This document shows positions 53,980 through 64,000 of a stretch of DNA of 64,000 nucleotides, piece after piece; the first letter of the stretch is position 1; each line of letters begins with the position of its first letter. The notes under the pieces are model-generated. The model ran no database searches. It worked only from the letters and a program-made list of their open reading frames with translations, and was not told the DNA's origin. Made by a program: the position numbers and the translations under genes. The DNA comes from Octopus bimaculoides (lineage: Eukaryota): NCBI RefSeq assembly GCF_001194135.2, contig NC_068985.1, positions 40,440,646 through 40,504,645 on the forward strand, in the 5' to 3' direction.

Positions 53980-54841
53980 CCCAGAGTGTTTGGGCTAAAT
54001 TTGATGATTTTTCTGTATCCTTTTTTCAGGAACAGCTTGACACACTGGAAAACAATTAACAGTGTTGGAGAACAAAGATTAAAGTTGAAGTTGAGAAAAA
54101 GTTAGCTGACATCTGAATATCGGAAAAGAGTTACCTGGATTATGATGATTCACACCAGGTATCAAAATGCTAACATCCTGATTACTGCTCAATGCCCTGT
54201 GAACACCATAAAGTTGCAAGACATAACCTGGACAACTGCATTGGAGCCAATGAAATTGTAGCCAGTAGAAAGGGACATAGCAGGCATTCTGACTGCATCT
54301 ACATTCTAGAATTCATTTCCACATCTTTGAACAGGGCTTCAGACTCAATTCAGACAGTTATGTGAAGCTGTTGGAGACAGTGGTCAAACCCTGGCTAGAG
54401 AGGGCTGGTAGGCCATATGTGTGGCAGCAGGATTCAGCTTCTTGCCAGACCTCTGGAAAGAGTCAGAAGTGGTTGTTGGAGAATCTCTACAACTTCACCA
54501 GCCCCAATTTCTGGTCTCCTTATTTCCCCAATTGTAATTCCATGAATTACTATGTGTGTGGTTGAGAAATATATCAACTGCTCTACCTTGCAACACCAAG
54601 GTCAAGCTAGTGGCCAAGATCAAGGAGGTGTTTGAAGATCTTCCCAGGGATACCATGAGGGATGCATGCACCAGGTTTTGAAACTGTTGTGGAAACAGAG
54701 TGGCTACTTTAAGTAAACTGTTATCTCCCAGTCATAATCTAGTTGATATTTTTTTTTTTTCAAAATATTTTCATTTTTCGATAGAATATTGCGTTTTCTT
54801 TTCTTTTTATGCAAACTGTCAAATTTAGCCTGAACACCCTC
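53980..54841 (+). mobile_element. Internally deleted Tc1/mariner-superfamily (maT/DD37D-like) transposon
   Basis: TIRs gagtgtttgggctaaatttga / tcaaatttagcctgaacaccctc then TA; KLLETVVKPW..GRPYVWQQDSASC.TS..SQKWL...FWSP..PNCNSMNYYV catalytic remnant. Confidence 0.85.
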
Positions 54842-55836
54842 TAGTTGACATCTGTTATCTAGGTGACCTAATTAGTGTAAGCGAATGTTCTGGAAGCATA
54901 GTAGCCAGAATAAGAACAAACTGCAGAAAATTCTGAGACTTAGTGTTTCTATTGGTAATATGAGATTCTGTCTCTGAGTGAAGGGCAGATTACAATGTGA
55001 TTGTGTACAAATTGCAAAGCTGATGATAGCATGACTTGGACAGTGAACATGGAAGATTGTGTAAAGGCTGGAAAGAAATAAGGCAAGCATGCCCTACCAT
55101 ATGTATAATATTAGTGTAAATGAACGATAGAGTGATAAAGCAGAATTGATCTGAGAAAAACTAAGTATAAGGGGAATCAGCTGTAGTGTGCAAGAAAGAA
55201 AACTGTACTGGTATGGTTATATGACTGATAACAGTTGGGTAAATAAATGCCAAGCAATCCAAATTAGAGGAACCTGTTCAAAAAAAGACAATAGACTGGA
55301 AAAAGTAGACAAGGCAAGAGAACAAGTGGTGAGACAATATGCTGAAAAAGATCCATCCAAACCAGACAAACAGAAAAACAGGCACAAAATGATGATTATG
55401 ATAATGATTCATACACAAATCTTTGTACTGAGCCAAAAATATTAGCTAAAATGTACTTAAAAGCATTTTTGTTGTTATTGACTTATTAACTCCAAAGTAT
55501 CTTGTTAGCATAATAATAAGAGAAGATTATGTCATTACAAAACAATGATTATTCATTGTGACACCACTACAAGGTGAACGCTGAAGTGAAATATTGATTG
55601 TTGAACTTTAGTTTTCATTAGTATATAAAAAAAAAGTTTGTGCGTGTGTGCAAGCATGAAAAGAAGGGAACAGGGCAGAGAACAAAACAGAGACACCTTT
55701 TGGCATTTTATAATTTTCTTACTCTAAAGAACATTGTCGTGAATTTCTGAAAACAAAGATCAAAATATCTATGAATAAAAAATGGGGCCCTTTTGTGTGA
55801 CAGCAGGAATTTTAAAATCTTTTTTATCTTTTACTC

Positions 55837-55977
55837 NNNNNNNNNNNNNNNNNNNNNNNNNNNNNNNNNNNNNNNNNNNNNNNNNNNNNNNNNNNNNNNN
55901 NNNNNNNNNNNNNNNNNNNNNNNNNNNNNNNNNNNNNNNNNNNNNNNNNNNNNNNNNNNNNNNNNNNNNNNNNNNNN
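55837..55977. other. Assembly gap (141 N) within a young repeat; other gaps at 2579-2648, 31937-31946 and 36743-36767
   Basis: Direct read. Confidence 0.98.
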
Positions 55978-56187
55978 GTTGTACTCTTTCGCCCCAACTT
56001 TCTCTCACTTTTTCTTCCTGTTTCTTGAGTAACGCTGCGATGGACTGGTGCCCCGTACAGCTGGGAGGGGGGCATACGCCATAGAACTTGGGCCCATGAG
56101 CCTGGCTAGGCTTTAAAAAGGGGCGCATAAAAATAAAAAAATGATTAATATAGATTTCACAGCATTAAGAAGCTGGCAGATAACTAC

Positions 56188-56293
56188 CTTCTACTCCACG
56201 CAATGAAAAGATACTGTTCTAGTTCAAGTAATATTTCCAGATCATCAGTTCCTTGTTCTTGACAGTTATTAGAATTATATAGACTCAAATTTT
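56188..56293 (-). CDS. Candidate internal exon, 106 nt, phase 1->2 (xNLSLYNSNNCQEQGTDDLEILLELEQYLFIAWSR)
   Basis: Acceptor ttgttgcatttctgagcag with an in-frame stop just upstream; donor AAG|gtagtt; open frame. Confidence 0.45.
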
Positions 56294-56673
56294 CTGCTCA
56301 GAAATGCAACAAGATGCATGCAATTAATTCGAACTTAAACCATCAACAGACAGTTAGATCAGTATAAACACATTTAATGTGGCAACAGCAAAATCTAAAC
56401 AGAAACAGTAATGCAAAACACAGGCTTCACTATTCTTGCCAAAGTAGTGATCCCTAAAGAAAGATGTATACAATATTGTACATATGTAACATGATTTAAA
56501 AATTAAATTTCTAAGATTAATTAACTCAAAGATACCATCAGCAATAAAAAAAAATTTAAAAGAAAGAGTTAGTGCTAACATAGTGAGCACAATTAGAAAT
56601 ACTTATGTGATAAGAAAAAGAAAAATATCAGCCCAATAACAAATCATTTCAACAAGTACTGTTTCAATCTTAC

Positions 56674-56818
56674 TAGATCTCAGCATATTTGATGAAAATA
56701 GTGATGGAAGAACATCAAAGCAAGAGTAATAGAGTTGAAATGTCTTTAGTATGGTGGTTATATGTTTGAATATACCATGGAGATGAAACATTTGTTTTAT
56801 GTATTTTGGAACAACACG
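56674..56818 (-). CDS. Candidate internal exon, 145 nt, phase 0->1 (RVVPKYIKQMFHLHGIFKHITTILKTFQLYYSCFDVLPSLFSSNMLRS)
   Basis: Acceptor gaatttcag, donor TCTA|gtaaga; phase-compatible with 56188-56293; lies within track ORF 56603..56842. Confidence 0.35.
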
Positions 56819-59124
56819 CTGAAATTCATTTCGAGTTTTCATTAATGAGAGTGTTTTTGTGCAAATAATATTTTGTTACTACTGCATATAAACAAGGTTT
56901 TCTATTACCATAAGATTTTGCTCTGTTGATGATGTTGCATTTTATATCATACAGTCAAAGCCCACATATAAGAGAGGATAATGTAATGATCTTCCTTCTC
57001 TTTGTGTTATAAAATATAAGAGTACATTTGTTGTAGCGCACATATATATATATATATATTCATATATTAATCAAAATAAACAGCATTAAAGATCCATTAC
57101 AGTCAGGCTGTAATGGAACTACAATACTGTATACCTTGGTTAATATACCGCTCTATCAACAAATATACGAGTGCATATATTTTATGACTTAGGGATTTCT
57201 AATATGTATGTCTTGCTGAGCTGTGGGATTTTATTATGCATTCATATATTAAATCTTTCTCTAGCTATTTAGAGTCAACTGAACAATTCATTTGATTATA
57301 ATTGCATTTACAGTTAGTTTGATTTGTTCATTTCAGAGATATTTGTAAAGGCAAATATTTGAACAATTTAGTAAGAAAATTTACAGTACTTTATTAAACA
57401 TTTTATCATATTTATGGAGTGAGTGGAAATGCTTAAAGATTAATTTGGAGAGTTGAGCAACTGGAGTCATTATTCCTTTCTTGAATATGGAATTATACCA
57501 AATTATATTTCATTTCCTATTTTGACAGCTGTTAATAACTTTGTTTTCTTCAATAGGTTCAGCCTCCTATGAGAAAAAAAACACAATTCATGTATTTACA
57601 CCCCTAGACAATGCTCAATGGACCAGTCCACATACTTGTAAACATGTAAAAATAAGTTACACTTCACTGATCTTTGTGCTCAAATTAGCCCTGTTGTTTT
57701 AATTCTATCATGGTGACCGCAAAAGTGGATTCCATTTAATGCTGATGATCACAAATTACAATATTATAATATTCTCTATTCAAATAGGATACAACCTACT
57801 GATACCCCTATCAGTGGTATTGTACTGCGTCCATAGCCAAGATACTTAATATTCATTCAAGAGTCCACTTCATCCAACTGCAAATAAGTTATTGTTTATC
57901 TCTCTATCAGTCCTGACTGATCAGAGTTAATTAGCATGCAGGTTGGTGTCCATCAGACTGCAATCTGCAAAAAGGTAGTACCACAAGGTGGTAGAGCTCA
58001 TTGAGGTAGGTAGCTACAGTATCATAAATCTAATGAATGTTTAGTGAACTTGTAATACTGTTAGGATAACTTGGAGATGGATGAGCTCTGCCAAACTAAC
58101 TTGTCTTACTTTGCATATTTAGTCCAGGTCAGCTCTGATTGAGTAGATCTATGTTCAGAAGTGTTCCAGTCATAACTATTGAGTCTCTTTACCATGCTTG
58201 TATAGCTTTCTTTTTCTAAGTTGGTAGGGTAGGTATAACACGAGAGAGATTTAGTTGCTGTTTGTAGCACACAGGTTCCATGAAATCTTCAGCAGTGACT
58301 TAATGGAAGTCACCATCAGCAGTGAAAAGGTTATTTTAAGGTTAGATATTGCTTAGGTTGGGGCTGATGAATATTACCTATCTAATCCTTTGCTTTAAAA
58401 AAATTATAAGATTAATGAAAGAAATAGGATGCAAGGCATTGAATCCTCACCTTGGGAAGACCTTACAATTTACCTCTCTCTTCACCATAGAAAAAGAGAA
58501 CTGCCTCAGGATGTAACAGTATTTATTATTGCAATACACACCATTAGATACACAATCTTTACATTCATTACCAATAGGTTGATTTCTGAACATCTAGAAG
58601 ACTGTTCAAAGGGTTATCATATATGATTCTGAGTGATAAAGATTACCATTAACTAATAAACTCTTACTCATGACTCATTCATGTTCACAAGTAAAATCTT
58701 TACAAATATGTTCATTCAGAAATATATCCATTCAGGCATGTATAAACAGTCACCAAAAGAGGTGCGTGTTACATTCATAAATATCCAAGCCTACTTTATA
58801 AATACAATAAGGGAACCATGTCCACATCAATGAACTTGAACGCACACACTTCTCACTTATGAATGCAATAAAATGTACCATTATTTGGTTTTGAATGAAG
58901 GTAACGTTTATAGAGTTCATATAAAATGCTTGCATAGTAATTTGTGTGTCATATAAAAAAAAGAAAACTATGATTGTGACTTGGAGGGGGTTTTATTTAA
59001 AAACATTGTAAAAATAAGCAAACACATGTCATACAGTTCTGAAATACAAGTCACAATATATAAGTAATTCCAAAAGACATCTATTGTTTATATATACACA
59101 CATATATATAAGGGAGTTGGGATA

Positions 59125-59720
59125 AAAAAAATTTCCATATCATCTAAGAAAATGTTTTAAAGAACTTATGAAAACAATTGATAGAGAAGATAAACCTTCA
59201 GTTTGAGATTTCTGGAAGAAGCTTAACATAACCGATGCTGCAAATAACACAGCTAAATCATGGAATGAAGTGAAACCCTCATCTTTGAATGGTACTTGGG
59301 AAAATATATAGCCAAACTGTATTGTAAAATTTGCAAGTTTTCCACAAGCAGAAACTCTAGAAATTTGGAATTATATTGTGACACTTACAAATGCTATAGG
59401 GTTTGAAGAAGTCAAAGAGGATGATGTGGTTGTCCCATAGAGGAAGCATATATAAGGAATGTATACTGTTAGAACAAAAACAAGCTGAGAACACAGATTA
59501 GAGGATAAAAATTTCAGCAACTACACTTAAATTGACTGCAAAGTATTTTGTTAAGGGTCTGACACTTATAGAAGAAGGTCTGCAAATATTTGCTCACTGC
59601 AACCATAATCATGAATGTAATAAAAAATTACAAAAAGTTTATAATGAGCTGTTTTCACACTGAGCTGTACAAAGAGATGATGCACCATAAACATCAAACA
59701 ATTTTGAAAAAAGTCTTTGC
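59125..59720 (+). mobile_element. Tigger/pogo transposase C-terminal remnant
   Basis: DFWKKLNITDAANNTAKSWNEVKPSSLNGTW...IGFEEVKEDDV...GLTLIEEGLQIF. Confidence 0.8.
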
Positions 59721-60414
59721 TCCACGGATGTTAATGATGAACTATAAGATAGGAGATAGCACCTTTCATCATCCCAGTAACTCCCCACTATCACCATTCT
59801 TCTCACAGTGGTCAACATCATTCATTGAACAATTTACAATATTATAATTCTGATTTATTCCATAATATATTTCTCTTCAAATATTTTTTATGTACACTGT
59901 ATTGTGTATGTGTAAAAATTTGTTCATACATAAAAATGGTAGTTTTGCTTATTTTTTACTTCTTCCTTTCATAAAAATCTGTCTGAATGCATCATCACTT
60001 TGTAACATGAAAATCATCAGAAAATTTATTTTATGTCACAGCCAGTTTTCAAGAATGCATTATTACCATAATGCATGATTCCTGTCATAACTGTGTGACA
60101 AATAATCACATGAAATTTTGAGTAATAGTTTTCGAATTTTTTTCAGCTTTTCATTAGTCGATGTATGAGTGTTCTCTACTTTCTGGTTGAACAACCACAT
60201 AGATGATTTGTTTATAGTGATTAAATGTTTGTGTTCACATAAGCTCCATCCACTCCCTCCATCAAACTGACATTACCTGTACAGGTGCACCACATGCCAC
60301 ATGTTAGATGACGAAAAGATTACAGAGTAATGTGAAATGAAATGTTTTGCTCACAATGCAATGCCTGGTCTGGGAATCAAAACCACAAAGCTATGCACCT
60401 TCACAAAATAGTAT

Positions 60415-60690
60415 ATATCATCATTTAATGTCCATTTTCCATGCTGGCATGGGTTGGACAGTTTGACAAAAGTTGACCAGCCAGGGAGCTGTCCAGACTT
60501 CAATTGTCTGTTGTGGCATGGTTTCTTTGGCTAGATGCCCTTCCTAATGCTAGCAACTTTATAGTGTTGGGTGCTTTTTACATTCCACTGACACAAGTGC
60601 TTTTTATGTGGCACTGGCACCTGTAAAGGACAAGCCTGTATGTATGGATGACAACAATTTTTAGTTAGCTGATGTGTCTTTTCAAGTACA
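60415..60690 (-). mobile_element. SINE family D copy
   Basis: catttaatgtccattttccatgctggcatgggttggacagtttgac...gatgcccttcctaatgc. Confidence 0.8.
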
Positions 60691-61009
60691 GGCAGACCCC
60701 ATGTTTATGAATTAATTCATCCCTGACTAGATTCTCATCCATAAACAATGAATATACCTTTAATTGATTCCCACTAAAGAAGTTGATTCTTAAACTTTCT
60801 AAGATTGAAAAAGAAAAGGTTAAGATAAAAATAGCAATATTCAAGAGTATAATTTTTTATTAAATCACAAACTATAGAATGAAAAAATAGAAAAACCTAT
60901 AAAACAAAAAAATTCAACTCATGAAATTTAATTTGTATCCATCAGGTCTGCTGTCACTGGAGCCCCTTGAGCACATATCAATTCCATTTGTTGAGTTTCT
61001 TCTTGTTTT

Positions 61010-61390
61010 AATGTTTGGTCCACATTAGTTTTCTTCATTAAAAAATTATCTAAAGTTGTTTGTTGAAAAGATTTCTACTTCATTTCATGGTAGATTTCAT
61101 GATCAACAAGCATGACCTCTCATTAAATTTGCAGCAACAGTTGAGCTTCTTTCAAAATCGGCATCTTGCTGCTCAAAGATTTCAATTGCTTTTTCGACGT
61201 GAAGAAATGCTTCGTTTAGCTTCTTTGCAGAGAAGCATCTTTCAGGCAATTCTTCACTTTCTTCTTCTTCACATTCAAACTTTTCCATTTCTGCAATTCT
61301 TTATTTGTACTTCATCACTGTCAGCATAAAGGGCTTCTCCTGGAGAAAGATTATTTGGAAGACCATTACAAACCAGCTGCAATCCACAAT
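61010..61390 (-). mobile_element. Tigger/pogo transposase C-terminal remnant
   Basis: ERCFSAKKLNEAFLHVEKAIEIFEQQDADFERSSTVAANL..ACY...QTTLDNF. Confidence 0.85.
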
Positions 61391-61849
61391 TCATACAGTT
61401 TATTAACATCTGGTACCACAACAAATGCATGAAGAAAGCAAGTTCCTTCACACGTGGTACAGAAAGGTACAAATACTGTGATTGTCGCAAACGAAAGCAA
61501 AAGCTGGATGGTCGGTTTTGATCAATTGTTCCCGTCAATGGACAATTGTCAACCCGCTGGGTAGGAATCAAGTTGAGGTTAGGCAATGACAACTGCAGTG
61601 TCAGGGTAGAGAAACGTGAACTTCAAACGCATAGAGCCGAGATGATGATTGAAGTAAACTGGTGATCAGGCAGAAAAAGTAACCCATCAAACCAACTTCC
61701 TTATTGAGGTGGTGAGTGGTGTGTATTGAACTCCTAATGAACATATAACAAATGCCACATATTTGTTTAAATAATTAAAATCACCAGTCACATGCCATGT
61801 ATGAGTTTTATGTAGACTCGTCCAGTTTTTCTTATATATATTGTGATTA

Positions 61850-62010
61850 AAATAAACAGGGACATGGGGCCTGGGTAACCATCATTTCATCTCTTTCATT
61901 ATATAATTCATTTTTCATTCGATTTTTACCCTACTTTGTAATATCCTGTACTGTCCCCTTTTGTTTAGTCCCTTTGTGGATAATAATAAATCAACAGTTG
62001 ATTCCATCAT
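61850..62010 (+). mobile_element. LINE ORF2 stop (..PG*) + 3' UTR, direct repeat of 63620-63780
   Basis: gggtaaccatcatttcatct...ctttgtaat.tcctgtactgtcccct..ttgtttagtccctt.gtggataata..aatcaacagttgattccat in both copies. Confidence 0.8.
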
Positions 62011-62039
62011 GTGTTACAGTTAGTTATATATTTATTATC

Positions 62040-63780
62040 AAAAGTCTATTGGTGTTAAATTACCGTTGATTTTTGTCGCAGGTTTTCCCTTTTGCAACTA
62101 CCTTTATTGGTAAACTGTTTGAGAACCGTTAGTGTTTTTCCACACATTGTTGGCCTTCACAGGTTTGTTTCCCTTTGTTTTCCCCTGTTTAGGGGCAAAT
62201 TGTTCATATTTTGTGTAGGGTGTGCCTACACAAAATGGAAGACAATATGTACAAGCTCTGGAAGAGCAACAGAAACTCGGAGTACACCAGCAATTCACGA
62301 GAAAGCACTGAAGGATATGCAGCCGCTGCAAGAAGAGTTTGGAACGTTATAACAACAAACTGGAAGCCATAAAGAAATTTCAAACAATACTCCGGGGCAG
62401 AGAGCTAACATAAGGTTAACTCCTGCCAAGGAGGTAATTGAGGAAATGAAGAGGAAAACAGTGATTTATAGGACACTATCGCTGAAGACTAAAAAGATAG
62501 AAATAGCATCCATAGAAGAGGCAGAGAAGGCATTGAAGCTTATGTTCAAGCTAGTTTCCGTGAGACGCAGAAGGAAATATAGTCCTGTGGAGGCTTAGTT
62601 TATAGCTGAGAGTGATGCCAGAGTTGACTCAGCAATCACCCTGCAGACCAATGAACTGGCTCTTTTGTCAGCAAAAGAACAACAGAAACAACAGTAGAAG
62701 GGTTCACACCGGAAATTAAACCGACATGGCTCCTGGCAGCTACTTTCACCAACATAAAGGAGGAGGTGACACTTTGGGAGTTTGAGGAGAGAAGTGTCCA
62801 GAATTGGTGTGGCAGTGACTAATGAGCAACGATTCAAACCACACCAGCAGACATTGACGTTATGCCGGAATTCGTGATTTAACGAAGTTAAAAGTCACTG
62901 TACGGAGCAGAATTCCAAAGTGCGTCGGGTGCGGACAGAAGGGGCACATAAGAAAAACGTGCCCCCAGGCCCTACAACCTGAAGCACAGGGAGAAAGTCA
63001 GAAGGCCAGTGTGCAGCTGGAGAAAGTTGAAGAGGAGGTCCCAGGGGAGGAGAAGAAGCAGGAGGAGGTGATGGTGGAAAGAGAAATGGTCACGACAAAG
63101 GATGACACCGTTAACATCAACATCTACAGACGTAAGTGGCGGTGAATGGGAAGTTGCTGGGAGAAAGAGAAAGAAAAGCGCTCGTTCTCTCCCTCCCAAC
63201 AAACAAAAAAGTTAAAAACAAGAATACACAAACAAGAACACACAAGCTGGCAGAATCGTTAGCACGCCGGGCGAAATGCTTAGCGGTATTTCGTCTGCCG
63301 TTACGTTCTGAGTTCAAATTCCGCCCAGGTCGACTTTGCCTTTCATCCTTTCGGAGTCGATAAATTAAGTACCAGTTACGCACTGAGGTCGATGTTATCG
63401 ACTTAATCCCTTTGTCTGTCCTTGTTTGTCCCCTCTATGTTTAGCCCCTTGTGGGCAATAAAGAAATGAGAACACACAAGAACAATTAACTAGAGACAAA
63501 TGAAAATTCCCCCAAAAGAAAAGAAACGATTAAAACTGCAGTGACTTCGCCAAGCAAAGAAAAAAAGAAAATAACTTTTTGAAAATTTATGTACGTTGTA
63601 AAAAATGTTCAATGATGTTACCTGGGTCGGGATACCAGGGTAACCATCATTTCATCTTTTTCATTATATAACCATTCATTTTTCATTGTTTATATCCCAC
63701 CCCACTTTGTAATGTCCTGTACTGTCCCCTCTTTGTTTAGTCCCTTCGTGGATAATAAAGAATCAACAGTTGATTCCATT
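62040..63780 (+). mobile_element. Internally deleted L1/Tx1-like LINE: 5' UTR, broken ORF1 with CCHC knuckle (62921-62962, CVGCGQKGHIRKTC), no ORF2 body, 3' UTR
   Basis: Direct translation of the C-x2-C-x4-H-x4-C motif; ORF1 homology to 34900-35220; clade assignment is an inference. Confidence 0.75.
63247..63468 (+). mobile_element. Young tRNA-derived SINE (family C) with 12-bp TSD
   Basis: ctggcagaatcgttagcacgccgggcgaaatgcttagcgg...gagttcaaattccgcc; TSD agaacacacaag at 63235-63246 and 63469-63480. Confidence 0.93.
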
Positions 63781-64000
63781 GCTTCAGGGTCACACGGTTG
63801 ATGTTGTTACCCCTTCTCATACATTCTGCTTCCGCTACGACGAGATAGAAATTCGCAGTTTACGGCTATTTGACCCTTGTTCCTATACCAGTGCTTATGA
63901 AATAAGCAAATTACAAAACTTGACGAATTTACATGATAGGGGTCGATAATTTATCAACGATTCCATGAAAGAATCAACATCAGAAGTTTGCGACCTCCTG

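Larger units (their letters stand above)
51690..55420 (+). mobile_element. Fragmented RTE LINE ORF (linker, RT, Cys-rich finger, C-terminus) interrupted by two SINEs and a DNA transposon
   Basis: KGDALERS..IKLMDHIMKIMERV, VKAFDRVP, GVYQGLVL..FLFIIVL, CSICRKG..NS..CT..K, CYLGDLIS, QERKLYWYG; (GAT)n-like tail near 55390. Confidence 0.85.

Noticed and set aside
57094-57116. 9-bp perfect hairpin ccattacag-tcagg-ctgtaatgg
   Set aside because: Short enough to arise by chance in 64 kb; no other support.
57557-57637. Plus-strand exon-like segment GSASYEKKNTIHVFTPLDNAQWTSPHT
   Set aside because: Good acceptor but ambiguous donor and no supporting neighbours; unresolved.
61400-61740. Possible piggyBac C-terminal Cys-rich remnant on the minus strand
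   Set aside because: Cys spacing only partly fits and needs several frameshifts.
1-64000. CRISPR arrays, rRNA genes, intact tRNA genes, prokaryotic operons
   Set aside because: None seen; tandem repeats here have no unique spacers and the tRNA-like motifs are SINE heads.

Overview
AT-rich eukaryotic scaffold segment with four N gaps. The SINE families, microsatellite load and RTE/Tx1/Penelope-type debris match what I recall of Octopus (coleoid cephalopod) genomes; this is recollection, not a database match. Most long ORFs in the track are microsatellite artefacts. Recognisable elements are decayed transposons: two Ty3/Gypsy (K02A2.6-like) LTR relics, RTE and CR1/L2/Jockey-like LINE fragments, L1/Tx1-like ORF1 elements (one with an intact CCHC knuckle), mariner, maT-like (DD37D) and Tigger fragments, hAT-like MITE ends, and several SINE families (two copies with clear 12-bp TSDs). 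A scattered set of short, splice-site-flanked open segments on the minus strand may be exons of an unidentified host gene (low to moderate confidence). Most notable: (1) minimal type-I hammerhead-ribozyme motifs with palindromic stem III (Penelope-type) at 17096, 20543 and 39832, one inside a 283-bp near-perfect palindrome; (2) an intronic inverted copy of a candidate exon plus both splice sites (14584-14658 vs 15318-15391) that would place an A:C mismatch on a non-synonymous adenosine near the donor, a candidate ADAR recoding structure; (3) a 185-bp identical inverted SINE pair; (4) a SINE inserted in a LINE whose 3' tail it shares. All alignments and counts were done by eye.
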